64,000 bases of DNA from Octopus sinensis (taxonomy: Eukaryota): the NCBI RefSeq assembly GCF_006345805.1, contig NC_042999.1:59954001-60018000 (forward strand). Reading direction: 5' to 3'. Positions 13,907 through 27,214 of the stretch are shown one piece after another. The notes below the pieces were generated by a model. It was not told the origin of the DNA, did not search any database, and worked only from the letters and a program-made list of their open reading frames with translations. The first letter of the stretch is position 1, and each line of letters opens with the position of its first letter. Both the position numbers and the translations under genes were made by a program.

Positions 13907-14160
13907 GTGGAGGCATGTGGCTTAGTGGTTAGGGTGTCAGCATCATGATTGTAAGATTGTGGTTTCGATTCCTGGACCGGGCGACGTGTTGTGTTCTTGA
14001 GCAAAACTCTTCATTTCCAATTGCTCCAGTCCACTCAGCTGGCAAAAATGAGCAACGCTGCGATAGACTTGCGTCCCGTCCAGCTGGGGAACACATACGC
14101 CACTGAAACCGGGAAACTGTGCCTATGAGCCTGGCTAGGCTTTAAAAGGGCGCATTTATT
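13907..14160 (+). mobile_element. SINE family C copy
   Basis: GTGGAGGCATGTGGCTTAGTGGTTAGGG head, GGTTTCGATTCC B-box, GTGTTCTTGAGCAAAAC block. Confidence 0.8.
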
Positions 14161-14204
14161 TATTATTTATATGAATCATCAGACAATAATCTAAGAGTGT
14201 TGGA

Positions 14205-14692
14205 AGGCAGTGAGCTGGCAGAACTGTTAGTACACCACGCAAAATGCTTAGTGGAATTTTGTCTTTTTACATTCTGGGTTCAAATGCCACCGGAGTCGGC
14301 TTTGTCTTTCATCTTTTCAAAGTTGTTAAAAGAAGTGCCAGTTGAGCTCTGGGGTTGATGCAATCAACTTAGCCCCTCACCCCAAATTGCTGGCCTTGTG
14401 CCAAAATTTTAAACCAATATTCTATGAATGTTGTGAAGGCATATGGCTAGATCTTGGGTTTGGTTCTTAGACCGGGCAGCGTGTTGTTTTCTTGAACAAA
14501 ACACTTCATGTTATGTTGCTTCTTCAATAGGCAACAAGCTGGCAGAATCATTGCTATACCGGAAAAAATTTTTAGTATCATTTCTTCCAACTCTTATGTT
14601 CTGAGTTCAAATGCTGCTGAGGTCAACTTCGCTTCGCCCTTTCGGTGTCAATAAAATAAGTACCCATTGAGTATTGTAGTTGATTTAACTGA
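14205..14692 (+). mobile_element. Old SINE A copy, SINE C fragment and second SINE A remnant
   Basis: Family A and C diagnostic motifs in series immediately upstream of the 5S copy. Confidence 0.65.
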
Positions 14693-14695
14693 CAT

Positions 14696-14813
14696 TTTTA
14701 CGACCATATCACTTTGAAAACACCAGTTCTCATCCGATCACCGAAGTTAAGCAAAGTCGAGCCTAGTTAGTACTTGGATGGGTGACCGCTTGGGAAACCT
14801 AGGTGCTGTAAAC
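14696..14813 (+). rRNA. 5S rRNA gene copy, dispersed; probably a pseudogene
   Basis: TTTACGACCATATCACTTTGAAAACACCAGTTCTCATCCGATCACCGAAGTTAAGCAAAGTCGAGCCTAGTTAGTACTTGGATGGGTGACCGCTTGGGAAACCTAGGTGCTGTAAAC; 118 nt; paired helices TTTAC/GTAAA, ACTTTG/CAAAGT, CCTAG/CTAGG; A-box and C-box intact; position 1 is T rather than G; no T-run terminator. Confidence 0.93.
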
Positions 14814-14819
14814 GTCTAT

Positions 14820-15215
14820 AGGCATGGGAATGGCTGTGTGATAAGTAGCTTGCTTACAAACCACATGGTTCCAGATTCGGTCCCACTGTGTGGCATCTTG
14901 GGCAACTGCCTTCTACTACAGCCTCGGGCCAACCAAAGCCTTGTGAGTGGATTTGGTAGACGGAAACTGAAAGAAGCCTGTCGTATATATGCATTTATAT
15001 ATATATGTGTGTGTTTGTGCGTCTGTGTTTGTCCCCCCAACATTGCTTGACAACCGATGTTGTTGTGTTTATGACCCCATAACTTAGCGGTTCGGCAAAA
15101 GGAACCGATAGAATAAATACTAGGCTTCCAAAGAATATGTCCTGGGGTCGATTTACTTGACTAAAGGCGGTGCTCCAGCATGGCCGCAGTCAAATGACTG
15201 AAACCAGTAAAAGAG
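14820..15215 (+). mobile_element. SINE family B, full length
   Basis: Head TGGCTGTGTGATAAGTAGCTTGCTTAC, internal (TA)(TG)n, 3' GCTCCAGCATGGCCGCAGTCAAATGACTGAAACCAGTAAAAGAG. Confidence 0.9.
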
Positions 15216-15468
15216 AGACTTACTTCCATCTTGAAATTGCTGATGTTGTGCTAAAGTTTAAGATTAATATTCTAAGAATGTTGAATGGAATTGGTGCAAT
15301 GTATAAGACACTCATGAACAGACTGCAGCCTGCAGGAGTTTCTGTACGGCATGCTTGATGAAAAATTACTTTGAATATTTTTAACAATGCAACATGCCTG
15401 ATGATGGACCATGTCTAATGGCCTACTTCTTCAAAAAGTTTACCAATGCCTGGTATAAGATATTAAAT

Positions 15469-15702
15469 TAAGGCGGCGAGCTGGTAGAAACGTTAGCATG
15501 CCGGTTGAAATGCTTAGCCATATTTCGTCTGTCTTTACATTCTGAGTTCAAATTCCACCGAGGTCGACTTTGCCTTTCAACCTTTCAGGGTTGATAAATT
15601 CAGTACCAGTTACGCACCGGGGGCGATGTAATCGACTTAATTCGTTTGTCTGTCCTTGTTTGTTCCCTCTATGTTTAGCCCCTTGTGGGCAGTAAAGAAA
15701 TA
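15469..15702 (+). mobile_element. SINE family A, full length, tail type 1, perfect 17-bp TSD
   Basis: TSD GGTATAAGATATTAAAT at 15452-15468 and 15703-15719. Confidence 0.92.
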
Positions 15703-15861
15703 GGTATAAGATATTAAATCCATTGGTTATCATCTCAAATTTACTGCAATCATTTCAGTGCTTTTCCAGATGGCTATGTTATTCTACTATGTTATTTCAT
15801 CTAGCCTTCAGTAAGAGGGTATCCGCTCAGCTGTCTTTAACATGTTGTAGCATTCAGCTTC

Positions 15862-16345
15862 AGGTACCAGTTTCTAGCAACCAACAGCAGGTACCAGTTG
15901 TCAGTAATATGTACCAACTATCTGTGATATGTACCAGCTATTGGCAATACAAATCAGCTATGAGCATTAGATATCGGTCAGCAACAACAGGTACCAGCAA
16001 GTGGTGGTACGTATATCATCAATCAAAAAATAGGCACCAACAACAATTACCAACTGTGAATAGTATCTACCATCAAGGAGCAAAGGGTACCATCAAGCAG
16101 TAACAAGTTCTGATAGGTACCAATAAATAGTAACAGAAACCGGTAATCAGCAATAGAAACCATCCAGCAACAAGCAAGACCAGCTATCAGGTAGAGGTAC
16201 CAGTTATCAGCACCAGCTTATAGCTATTGGCAATAGGTACCAGCTAGCAGCAATAGATACTAGCTTTTGGCAAAAAATACTAGATATCGACTATAAGTAC
16301 TAGCTATTAGTAATAGGTACCAGCTAGTGAGTTGCAGGTGCCAAG
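15862..16345. repeat. Degenerate minisatellite, ~21-22-bp unit (AGGTACCAGCTATCAGCAAT-like)
   Basis: Recurrent GGTACCAG / TACCAGCTA at roughly 20-25-bp spacing. Confidence 0.75.
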
Positions 16346-16382
16346 TACTTGGTATCTTCAAAAAAGTCACACAAAAAAAAAT

Positions 16383-16541
16383 ACTGGAATTCATTTGCCC
16401 AATTAAACTCTTCAAGGTGGTGCCCCAGCATGGCCATAGTCCAATGACTGAAATGATTAAAAGATAAGAGGTATTTAAAGTCTTCAAGGTAATCACGCCT
16501 CACTGTACAATATTAGTATTTGATATTCTGGTTATCAAATA
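16383..16541 (+). repeat. 159-bp direct duplicate of 19201-19359
   Basis: 4 mismatches by eye in 159 bp; both copies give the same MITLKTL.. minus-strand ORF start in the track. Confidence 0.9.
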
Positions 16542-17389
16542 TTAAAAAAATAGTCACAAGATTATCAGTTGTCCTTTCAGGGTCAAAAGTAGCTGTGAAA
16601 TGGTAGAATTATTGAAGCATTATGCAAGAGGCTTTACAGTTTGTTTTTGGATTTTTATATTTAGAGTTCAAATCCTTGATTGGATGGATTGGGAGGTGTC
16701 AAGGCAGCTCATAATATACTGCAGTATCACCAGCATCTTTCTACTATTGAGCAGCAGGCCTTCCGTTGCCTCAGTAAAATGGTGCCATAGATTGTATCCA
16801 TGACGACCTGCCAAGACCTGCTCGCAACTCTTTCACCTCATTAATCAAACTCACTAGCAAATGACCTCCAGGGATACACAAACTCTGGAAATAACCTCAG
16901 CAATGAGGAATAATATAGCTATGACCAAAATCCCAATTTCTAATTAGATTTTCGTTTTCAAGATAGGTGCAATCATTGCAGCTATTTCTCATTTTATTCT
17001 ATGATATAAAAACACAGCACAAACAATAAAATCATGCTAATATGGTTTAGAGTTGTTTCAGTCTTCCATTATTTTTCTAGATGATTCTAACCATGTCTTA
17101 TATTTTTTTTTTCTTTCTTACAATTCTGTAACGAGTATTTATGGAGCTAGCCAGTCCATTTTACAGGAATCAACTGAATAACCTGCCTGTAAAAGCACAA
17201 TGTTTCAATAACATAGTTTGCCATGAAGAATGTATAAATGAATACATATTATTCTGGTCTTTACCAATTTACCATTGTCAATTTTTAGCATTATTGGAAT
17301 AGATGCTTTTATTGTATACTTGGAGATAAAAATTCCAAGTTTCTAAGCACATTAAGAAAACATTACTTTTATGCATCATATTTTTCATG

Positions 17390-17421
<32 letters not shown>

Positions 17422-17761
17422 AAATCATTTCATCCAATGGAGCTGACTTGAACGATTTAGCAGTCAGTCCCTACAAGATTTCTTTTCTTCAACGATGGTT
17501 GATAATGCCTTTCCATTTCCCTGGATTAGTAACTCTGACAGCTTTGTGTTTATGCAATTGCGAGCCTCTGTGGTGTGTGTGTGTGTGTGCGTGTGTGCAT
17601 GTGTGTGTGTGTTTAAAACCTGTATTTGACTCCCTTTCTTTGCCTGTTGAATTCTATTTCATTGCTAAATTCTACTTATACAGCTTCATGTAAAGCTTGA
17701 GTATTAATGTGCCTAACTGTGTCTAAGCATATACATACATACATACACACACTCATACATG

Positions 17762-17810
<49 letters not shown>

Positions 17811-17871
17811 GAGTGTATGTGTAGCATCTGTGTGTGTGTATAAAAAATAAAAGCAAAACAGATTATTCTGT

Positions 17872-17872
<1 letters not shown>

Positions 17873-17920
<48 letters not shown>
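17873..17920. repeat. (TC)n microsatellite
   Basis: Direct observation. Confidence 0.95.
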
Positions 17921-17922
<2 letters not shown>

Positions 17923-18697
17923 GTTCCCCTCCACCCTCTCTCTTAAATATTATTTTTAATTCAATACAATTGCAATTTCGTTATTGAATTATTTATTTTT
18001 TTGTTAATCTGATCTGAAAACTAAACTGGTTTATATTTCTATTATTCTATCTCCTGCCAAACACATTCAGAGTAATGCAACAGATTTAGCTGGGGAATTT
18101 AACAAAGAATTCCTAGATATATTTTCTTAATTCTATTAGGGTGAAGGAATTTCCCATAGCACAATGGAAAAATTATACCATTATATTTCATTTTGGTTTA
18201 TTCTATAATATATTTAAAACAGAGCAAAATAATTGAATTTGATTGTCCATTATTTAGATTAAAAATAAATAAGGAAATAAATGAAAATTTTCAATAGAAA
18301 TAGTTTAAATAGGCTTAAAATTTTCAAGTTTTAGTAAATAATTTAAATAAAGAAAAACATGAATATTTGTTAACCATTTCGAAATTCTTTAAATTCTTCT
18401 CTTGGAGAATAAAAAGTAGTGTAAGATACAGATTGGTAAATTAATATAAATGTTATTCATTAAAAAAGATAATAAAATAATATAAAAATAGATAAATCAC
18501 AAGATTTCTATTATCCAACTCTTTTTTTTTTCTCATTTCTCATCAGTTTGTATTATTTAGATCTCATTATTCTCATCAGTTACATCAGATTTAGATCTCA
18601 TCATATACATCAGTTGTACATATTCTAGATGAAGAACAAAATGATATTGTGATGTTCATGCTTTCTGTCTGGATATTAGAAATATAAATGATTGGTT

Positions 18698-18867
18698 CAG
18701 GGGTGGCTGTGTGGTAAGAAGTTGCTTCATAACAACATACTTCCAGGTTCAGTCCCACTGCATGGCAGCACCTATGGCATGTTGGGCAAATGTCATCTAC
18801 TATAGCACTGGGCTGCCAAAGTTTTGTGGGCAGATTTGGCGGCTGATGGAAACTGAAAGAAGCTCAT

Positions 18868-18900
<33 letters not shown>

Positions 18901-18961
18901 GTATATGTGTGTATGTGTATATATATATATATACATACATACGCACATATATATATATATA

Positions 18962-19043
<82 letters not shown>

Positions 19044-19290
19044 TATAATACATATATATATAACTTTGCATGTTTTTGTGCTGTATTTGTCACTCCACTA
19101 CCACTTGATAACTGGTGTTGGTTTATTTATATACCCATAACTTAGTGGTTTGGCAGAGAGACTGATAGAATAATGACCAGGCTTCAAAGGTAAAAAAAGG
19201 ACTGGAATTCATTTGCTCAATTAAACTCTTCAAGGTGGTGCCCCAGCATGGCCACAGTCCAATGATTGAAATGATTAAAAGATAAGAGGT
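18698..19290 (+). mobile_element. SINE family B with an internal (TA)n expanded to about 200 bp
   Basis: Head GGGGTGGCTGTGTGGTAAGAAG, (TA)n at 18868-19060, 3' CCCCAGCATGGCCACAGTCC end. Confidence 0.85.
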
Positions 19291-21244
19291 TTTTAAAGTC
19301 TTCAAGGTAATCACGCCTCACTGTACAATATTAGTATTTGATATTCTGGTTATCAAATACAAAAAAAAAGCACAAATTAATTTCTAATTTGTTTTTTTTT
19401 AAAGCAAGATTTATTTTGACTAGTCTTTTTTTTATTTTTATTTTTACGTTTATTTTAAAACAATTTTCCTTTTATTTTGTGAAAAGCCAATTTTTTTTGT
19501 AATTAATATTTGGAGAGAAAATTTTTTAAGGAAAAGTGACAAAAAATGTATAACAAAATTTTCAATACAAAAATTGGATAAACAAAGGAAAAAATATATT
19601 ACGCTGTATTTACTTATAACTTCCTACTGTTATAATTGCTACTAATTGATATTTTGGGGATTTCTTAAATCTCCATGCTACTTTTCAAAAATTCAGATAT
19701 ACCACTGAAATTTATATATGCTAGAGATAAGATTTCAACAATCAACCAAGACATTTCCTTGGTAATTCCTTTACAGTTGAATATATATATTTTCCTTTAA
19801 TTCATTATGGGTTTTAATTTAATTACCACAGACTGTAGAGGCCATGTCAGTTCTTTGTATTGAGTAACCATTTCATTCTGGGACAGGTGTAACCATTGAA
19901 ACTACTTCTCAAGGATTTTTTTCTTGGATAGCCAGTATTAAAGCACAGAATATAAACCTTTGAATTAATCATGAATTATGATAAATATTCCTTCTCCACA
20001 GACATGGTGTTGCTGGGAAATCAATATTGAAGATAAACTCAATTTGTACTTTTCCGACTCAGCAACTGTTCAAAATATGTTATTTTCTTCATATAATGTT
20101 CTTTTCTTTCTTTCTTGGTTGAAATCTTCACAGTAAAATCCAATCATATTATTGAATGTGGATATTGATCTTATAGGAACTAATAAAGTGGATGCTTTTA
20201 AAATTAAAACCAAGTATAGAATGCAGCATCATAAAATATAAGAAAACTGAAATATGGACAAATATGAAATTTTTATCAAAAATTATTAAAAACGATAAAA
20301 GAAAAGAAAGACTCCCACTATATTACACAAATTGAAAAAGAGAATATGTGACATATTCCTATTAGAGTTAAGCTCTTTTGTGAGGTGAGTGAAACACACT
20401 ACATGTGTTTCACTCACTTCAATAATAATAATAAGAAGAAGAATATTAAGAATTTTTGAATGATTGGGTAAACAAATTAACTTTTAAATTAGCAAATTCG
20501 TGTTTGGCACTTGATTTAATAAAAGGCCCTTACCAAAGATTACATTAAAAGGATTTTATTAGGATATGACCATTTTAAAATGAGAGCAATCTTGTATAAT
20601 ATGAATGGAATCAATTTCAGGATAGTTGGTTGTAAAAGAGATAACTAAATTCTTTTATATGGATGTAAAGCAATCATACTGAAAGACATTCTCCAACCTT
20701 AGTATCACCTGTATAAAGGAGGCATATTTTGGCCAAATTTCTTAAACTGACATTGTAAGAACAATACCTCTATTCTCCTTGTCCAACAGCCAACAGATTT
20801 CTAAACCAAACCTCTACTGTCTAGAACTACCAAATTCTTTTATAATTCAATACTTTCTTTCAATCACAGAATCATAGCAATATTCTACGTATAGAATATC
20901 TGGAAATCCTGTAGAATATGAAAAATGTCTAACTTCAACCAATGTATAAGGAAGAGGATTTAGTGCTATTGTACATCTGTATATACAACATAAATGAAAC
21001 ACATTGTTATCTTCATCTAATTTTCTTTCAAGTGTACATATTGCATTACATACATACATGCATGCATACATACATGCATATATATATATATATACATACG
21101 TATATATATTTATATACAGATATATATATATGTATATATTATATATACACACATACATACATACATATGCACTATATATGTGCACATATGCATAAAAATA
21201 GATACATACATATACACATACACACACACACACACACATATAGA

Positions 21245-21425
21245 TCACTAGCCACTACACATTCTTTATTTTCTCTCCTTGTTTCTTTCTGTGTTCCTTT
21301 CTGTAGAAGAGTGTAGGCTCGAAATGTTAAAGACTTTTTTTACTTTCCAAGCGTTAAACTAATACATCTGTTTGTTGCCTACACCACCTGTCTTTGTCTT
21401 TTGTTTCTTTTTGTGAATTCTCCCT
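21245..21425 (+). mobile_element. Penelope-type pseudo-LTR fragment carrying a degenerate minimal hammerhead
   Basis: CTTT-CTGTAGA-A-GAGT-GTAG-GCTC-GAAA-TGT-T-AAAG at 21297-21332; stem I CTTT/AAAG and stem II GAGT/GCTC. Confidence 0.55.
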
Positions 21426-21434
21426 ATACATGTG

Positions 21435-21468
<34 letters not shown>

Positions 21469-22166
21469 TATATGTATGTATATGTATATTTCTATACATG
21501 CATGCATGCATACCTACATGCATTTAACAGAGGGCAACAATTACAATAGTGATAAGCAACTACCTTGTTTAAGTTTTGTTTAGTTGAGATTTTCAAATTT
21601 AGTTTTTTAAAACAAAATTACAGAGAAAAATGAATGGTATCAATATGATAACGCCTAAGTATGATGGGACATGATTTCATTTGAGTGTTTCTGTTTTTAT
21701 CCCCATAAGTTGGCAAAACCATAACTTATCATGAGGAGGCAATGAAGTCATTGAAATGCTTGAACAATGGAGATAGTGTCATGTCGATAAAACATCAAGG
21801 ATGTATGAAAATGTTATGTAAGTACACACACACAGAAATACACATATATATGTATACATATATATCTATGTGCACGTTTGCATTAATAGATACAAATAAT
21901 ATACATACATGTATGTGTGTGTGTGTGTGTGTGTGTGCGTGTGTGTGTACAGTAAAGGAGGCTTTATATAGCAGGTGATTAGCAAAGTTGTCTTAATATC
22001 AAGGGTTATAAATGCATAGAAGCATATATGTATATATTTTTTAAAATTGAAAATTATAGACATTTATAAATATATAATATATATAATAAACTGAACATTT
22101 TATTTTACATTATAGCAAATATGTATATATAGATATGTGTGAGTATATATACAAGTATGTCTGTAT

Positions 22167-22213
<47 letters not shown>

Positions 22214-22284
22214 GTATGTATGTATATGTATATATAGATATCCAGATGTGGTCTATGCCAGCCCCTCGCCCTGATTGTCTCCTG

Positions 22285-22470
22285 TGCTGGTGGCACGTAA
22301 AAAGCACCCACTACACTCTAGGAGTGGTTGGCATTAGGAAGGACATCCATTTGTAGAAACATCACCAGATCAGACTTGAACCTGGTGCAGTTTCCTGGCT
22401 TGCCAGACCCCAGTCAAACTGTCCAACCCATGGCAGCATGGAAAACGGACGCTAAACGATGATGTTGATG
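22285..22470 (+). mobile_element. SINE family D
   Basis: TGTGCTGGTGGCACGTAAAAAGCACCC...GGTTGGCATTAGGAAGG...CCCATGGCAGCATGGAAAACGGACGCTAAACGATGATG. Confidence 0.8.
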
Positions 22471-23084
22471 ATAGATATATATATGTATATCTATGTATAA
22501 ATATATTCATATATTTGTATATATTGTGGTCAGCATTTCTTTTCTACATGTTTCCTTAAATACACACCTGTGTTCAAGATTTACCATTTTAATTTTAGAT
22601 TTTTCACAGGTGCCAAATCTATTCCAGTTCCTGAAAATGAGCCTGTGAAAGTCTGGAAATATTATACATGACTTTAGTAACTTCATTCTTACAAACTCCC
22701 TGGGAAAAAAAGGTAATGAGAGAATACGTATCATCTAAAATAAAAAAAAGATGCAAGTTGAACATAGTCATGTATTTAATGCCACCTACTCTGTATATGT
22801 ATGTGTGTGTATAGACATATATATATGTATGTGTATATTTATGTATACATGCATACATATGCATATTGCATGTATATATATGTATGCAAATAGACATAAG
22901 CATACTTACATATATTGTATAATATAACTATATTTACATGTATAATGAAAAATGTATACATATATAAATGTATACATATATAAATATCTCTTTCACTTCA
23001 TGATTGTATATCTGACAAATATTGCCTATATAACATATATAACATATTTATATATATACACACACACACGCACATACACATATT

Positions 23085-23280
23085 GTGCTGGTGGCACGTA
23101 AAAAGCACCCACTACACTCTCGGAGTGGTTGGCGTTAGGAAGGGCATCCAACTGTAGAAATAATGCCAAATCAGATTGGAGTCTGGTGCAGCCTCCTGGC
23201 TTGCCAGATCTCTGTCAAACCGTCCAACCCACGCCAGCATGGAAAGTGGACATCAAATGACGACGACAATGATGATGATG
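23085..23280 (+). mobile_element. SINE family D
   Basis: Same block as 22285 with a (GAT)n tail. Confidence 0.8.
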
Positions 23281-23314
23281 ATATATATACATATATATAA
23301 TATATATATATTAT

Positions 23315-23363
<49 letters not shown>

Positions 23364-24382
23364 TATGTATATATTGAGTTAAAAGCATCTCCAATAATGT
23401 GTGTGTTTCAGTTAAACACTTTTTAGCTGAGGAATTTTATCTAGGGAAAGTCCCTTTAAGATACAGAGTATGAAAAACACTAATTACCTCAAAACCAGGT
23501 GAAATGAATCATCATGTCGATGAATGAGAAAGATATATATTGACATTTTGCTGTTAGTTCAGCTCATTAGCTTTACATCATGGGTCACCCTAGAAACGAA
23601 TTCAGATCGCTGGTCTGAGGTTTGTATAGATAGCATAAAAATCCATCTATTGATGTCAACAACTCTGCACAATGTGTGTGTATATGCACGTGCACACATG
23701 CATGTGTGTTTGTGTGTGTATGCGCATATAGACAGTGTCTTTAATTATATATGATATATGATATATGTTTCATGCTAAATGGGGGTCTAATCAATGTGTT
23801 CATCCGTTACATAACTGTTCTCCATACTACTTTGCAAATCAGCCACTAATTTCATCAAAAGCAACCCTTAACCCCATCAAAGTGAAAAAAAAAATTAATA
23901 AAAATAATGGTAACATAATTTTAGTGCTTTTGTGCTTTAATACAGCCAAACACGCACATTTCTTAATCTATTTTATTTATATTTTTATTTTCAAGCACAA
24001 AAAAATGTTCTCCTGGTGAAGAAAAATAATACTTATCATTTTACACACACACATGCATGAATACATGCATAAACACATAAACACACATGCGAACACACAA
24101 ACACACACACACACATGTTTATTTGTACAGCTATATTATGAAAAGATAAAAGTTATATCTATGTAACCAAGCAGATATTGAAATTTACATTAATACATAC
24201 ATATATATGTACATATGTATATATATATATTATATATATATATATAATATATATATATATTATTATATATATATATATATATAGATAGATAGATATATCT
24301 ATATACATATGTATGTGATATATATATCTTTATATATACATGTATATTATGATAATCCCCGCTCTGTAATTTGTATGTATTA

Positions 24383-24389
24383 GATTACA

Positions 24390-24465
<76 letters not shown>

Positions 24466-24470
24466 CATTC
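24383..24470. repeat. (TATC)n microsatellite
   Basis: Direct observation. Confidence 0.95.
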
Positions 24471-24754
24471 ATCTATCTGTCTAAATATATATATATATGA
24501 TATATGATATGATAGATGCATGTATACATATATACATACATGCATAGATATATCTACAAGGTATCAGATTCTCAAATAACTCCATGATATCTACTTCAAT
24601 CTTTGATAAACATTTAATAGCTTAGTTTTTTATACATGTATGTATGTATGTATGTATGTATGTATGTATGTATGTATGTATGTATGTAGATGTATGTATG
24701 TATGTATGTATGTATGCATGCATGTATGTATATATTATATATATATATATTATA

Positions 24755-24786
<32 letters not shown>

Positions 24787-24791
24787 CTACA

Positions 24792-24953
24792 CTCACGGAG
24801 TGGTTGGCGTTAGGAAGGGCATCCAGCTGTAGAAACATTGCCAATTAGACTGGAGCCCTGGCAGCCTTCTGGCTTCCCAGAACCCCGGTCGAACCGTCCA
24901 AACCCATGCTAGCAGGGAGAACGGACGTTAAACGACGATGATGATGATGATGA
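24792..24953 (+). mobile_element. SINE family D, 5'-truncated
   Basis: GGAGTGGTTGGCGTTAGGAAGGGCATCCAGCTGTAGAAAC...GGACGTTAAACGACGATGATGATG. Confidence 0.85.
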
Positions 24954-25486
24954 TATATGTGTGTGTGTTTTCAAACACACTTAGACAGGTAAATGTCCTA
25001 TCATATATACACCTTTTGCACTAATGAATCATCTACATCTTGGATAGTGAATTATATGGGTGTATAATGTAAGCTCAAACTGCAGATATCTGTATTTTTC
25101 AACAGATATAACTTGCTAATGTTTATACAATTTTAGTGATGTAACAGTGTATACAACTTCAATTTGCTATTTGAAGCAGTTTAAAGTCAAACAAATGCAC
25201 ACACCATTTTTTCTGGCTTCCTTCCCTCTCTCTGAGTACTCTCCCTCATGCCTGTGCTCACACACTGTACAGTAAATATATATTAATAAAGGCATGTATA
25301 TATTTCCATATATATATATATATATTATATATACTTTATTTAAAAGCAGCAGAAATATAACAAAAGCTGTTACTCAGAGTTTCACGTTCTCATTCTTCGG
25401 ACAGTTTACTCTACCTCTGGTATTTGAGTACTCTTTTTTCCAACTTGTTTCACATTTATGTTCTTACTCCAGTATAATATATATAG

Positions 25487-25522
<36 letters not shown>

Positions 25523-25550
25523 AATGTCTATCTATCTATCTGTATTTATA

Positions 25551-25601
<51 letters not shown>

Positions 25602-26061
25602 GTATATGGTGTGTGCATAGACAGATGAATGTCTTTACAGATATCTATACATGCATGTATATGTATGTGTTGCATGTGTGTGTGTATGCATACACACACA
25701 CAAGGATATACAGACAACATACATATATATATGTGTGTGTGTGTTTATATACACACACACACATATTTAAAATTACAATGAATATTCTGAAGCAAAGATG
25801 ATTCTTTGGAAATATATTCCGTACAAGACAACATACCACTTTACTGAATATATTTTATAAAATAAATGTGTTTGTATTGTGAGAAATGTTTCGTGAACAT
25901 CTGTTTATCTTTTGCTGTTTATATTTAGGTAGGTAGATTATGACAAGAGATAAGACTTATTTATTTTGGCTAATGAACACTTCATTTTAATTGAACAAGG
26001 TTGCTTAATTTTCTTTAATCAGTATTAAATATGTACTTTATTTCTTCCTAGTTTGTAAACG

Positions 26062-26098
<37 letters not shown>

Positions 26099-26803
26099 TA
26101 CTTACATACATATATATCTACTTACATACATATATATATACTTACATACATATATATATACCTACAAACATGTATATGTATGAATGTATGTATGTATGTA
26201 TGTATTTGTATGTATATTGCAGATTTTTTGTGTTTTAGTTTAAAATCGTCAAGTTCAAGAAAGAAATACATTATAAATGATTTAAGCGTTAAAATTTTCA
26301 TCAAAAAGTGTTGTTCTACATTTTATGCACCAAATTGGATAATTTTTTTTTTCTCTTTTGGCTCAAACTAATGTTTATAATAATGTTTAAGATAAATAAG
26401 AGTTCCTTGAAGAAATTTTTTCATGGCTGTGTTGTTTCTTCTTCCCAGAATTCATAGTGGCGAAATGTCACTGTGTGCCAGCGACAGATAATGTTGCTGA
26501 ATTAGCATTTTGTTTCAGCAGTGTCATACATGCTAATATTGATTTTAATACAAATTCTAAATATCACACTGAGCTACATTGACTCAAAATTCATTTGGCA
26601 ACAAACATGTATTTCTTTTCTAATGTGTTTTATCTGTTTAAAATATGAGGGAAATAGATTGACAGAATCTTTAGAGTATCAAAGAAAATGTCAGATAGCA
26701 TTTAGCTCTGGTCCTTTATGTTCTAAGTTTAAATTCTGCAAAGCTTAACTTTGCATTTTGTCTTCTGATGTTGAAAAAATAAACTAACAGTCAAGAACTG
26801 GTG

Positions 26804-26841
<38 letters not shown>

Positions 26842-27214
26842 TAACTATTTCTCTCATGCAAATTTATGGCCTAATGCCTATGTTATAAATAATTATCTAT
26901 TTTAAAATTGTTCATGTAATGGAAATTTTTGAATTATTTCCTCCTTCATAAAGGTTTAATTTATAACAAATTACTAACGGGAAATTATAGGCTTTAATTT
27001 GGTCCTAATTTTTTATAGAAAATTAATTAAATTGTAATTAATTGAAATGAATCATACTGATTTTGATCAGAAAAATCCAACACAAGTCTGTATGTGAACA
27101 TACTGACACTGGATTTTTTTTCATTATAGCAGCAATTTCACGACCATACAAACTGCTGATATGAAAACCACTAACCTTGTTAATAATTTGGCTATCATCT
27201 GACCTCATGACTCT

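Noticed and set aside
16700-16920. Possible RTE-type RT remnant (also at 20560-20830)
   Set aside because: Only faint, frameshifted motif similarity (e.g. LLYGC); not supportable without a profile search.
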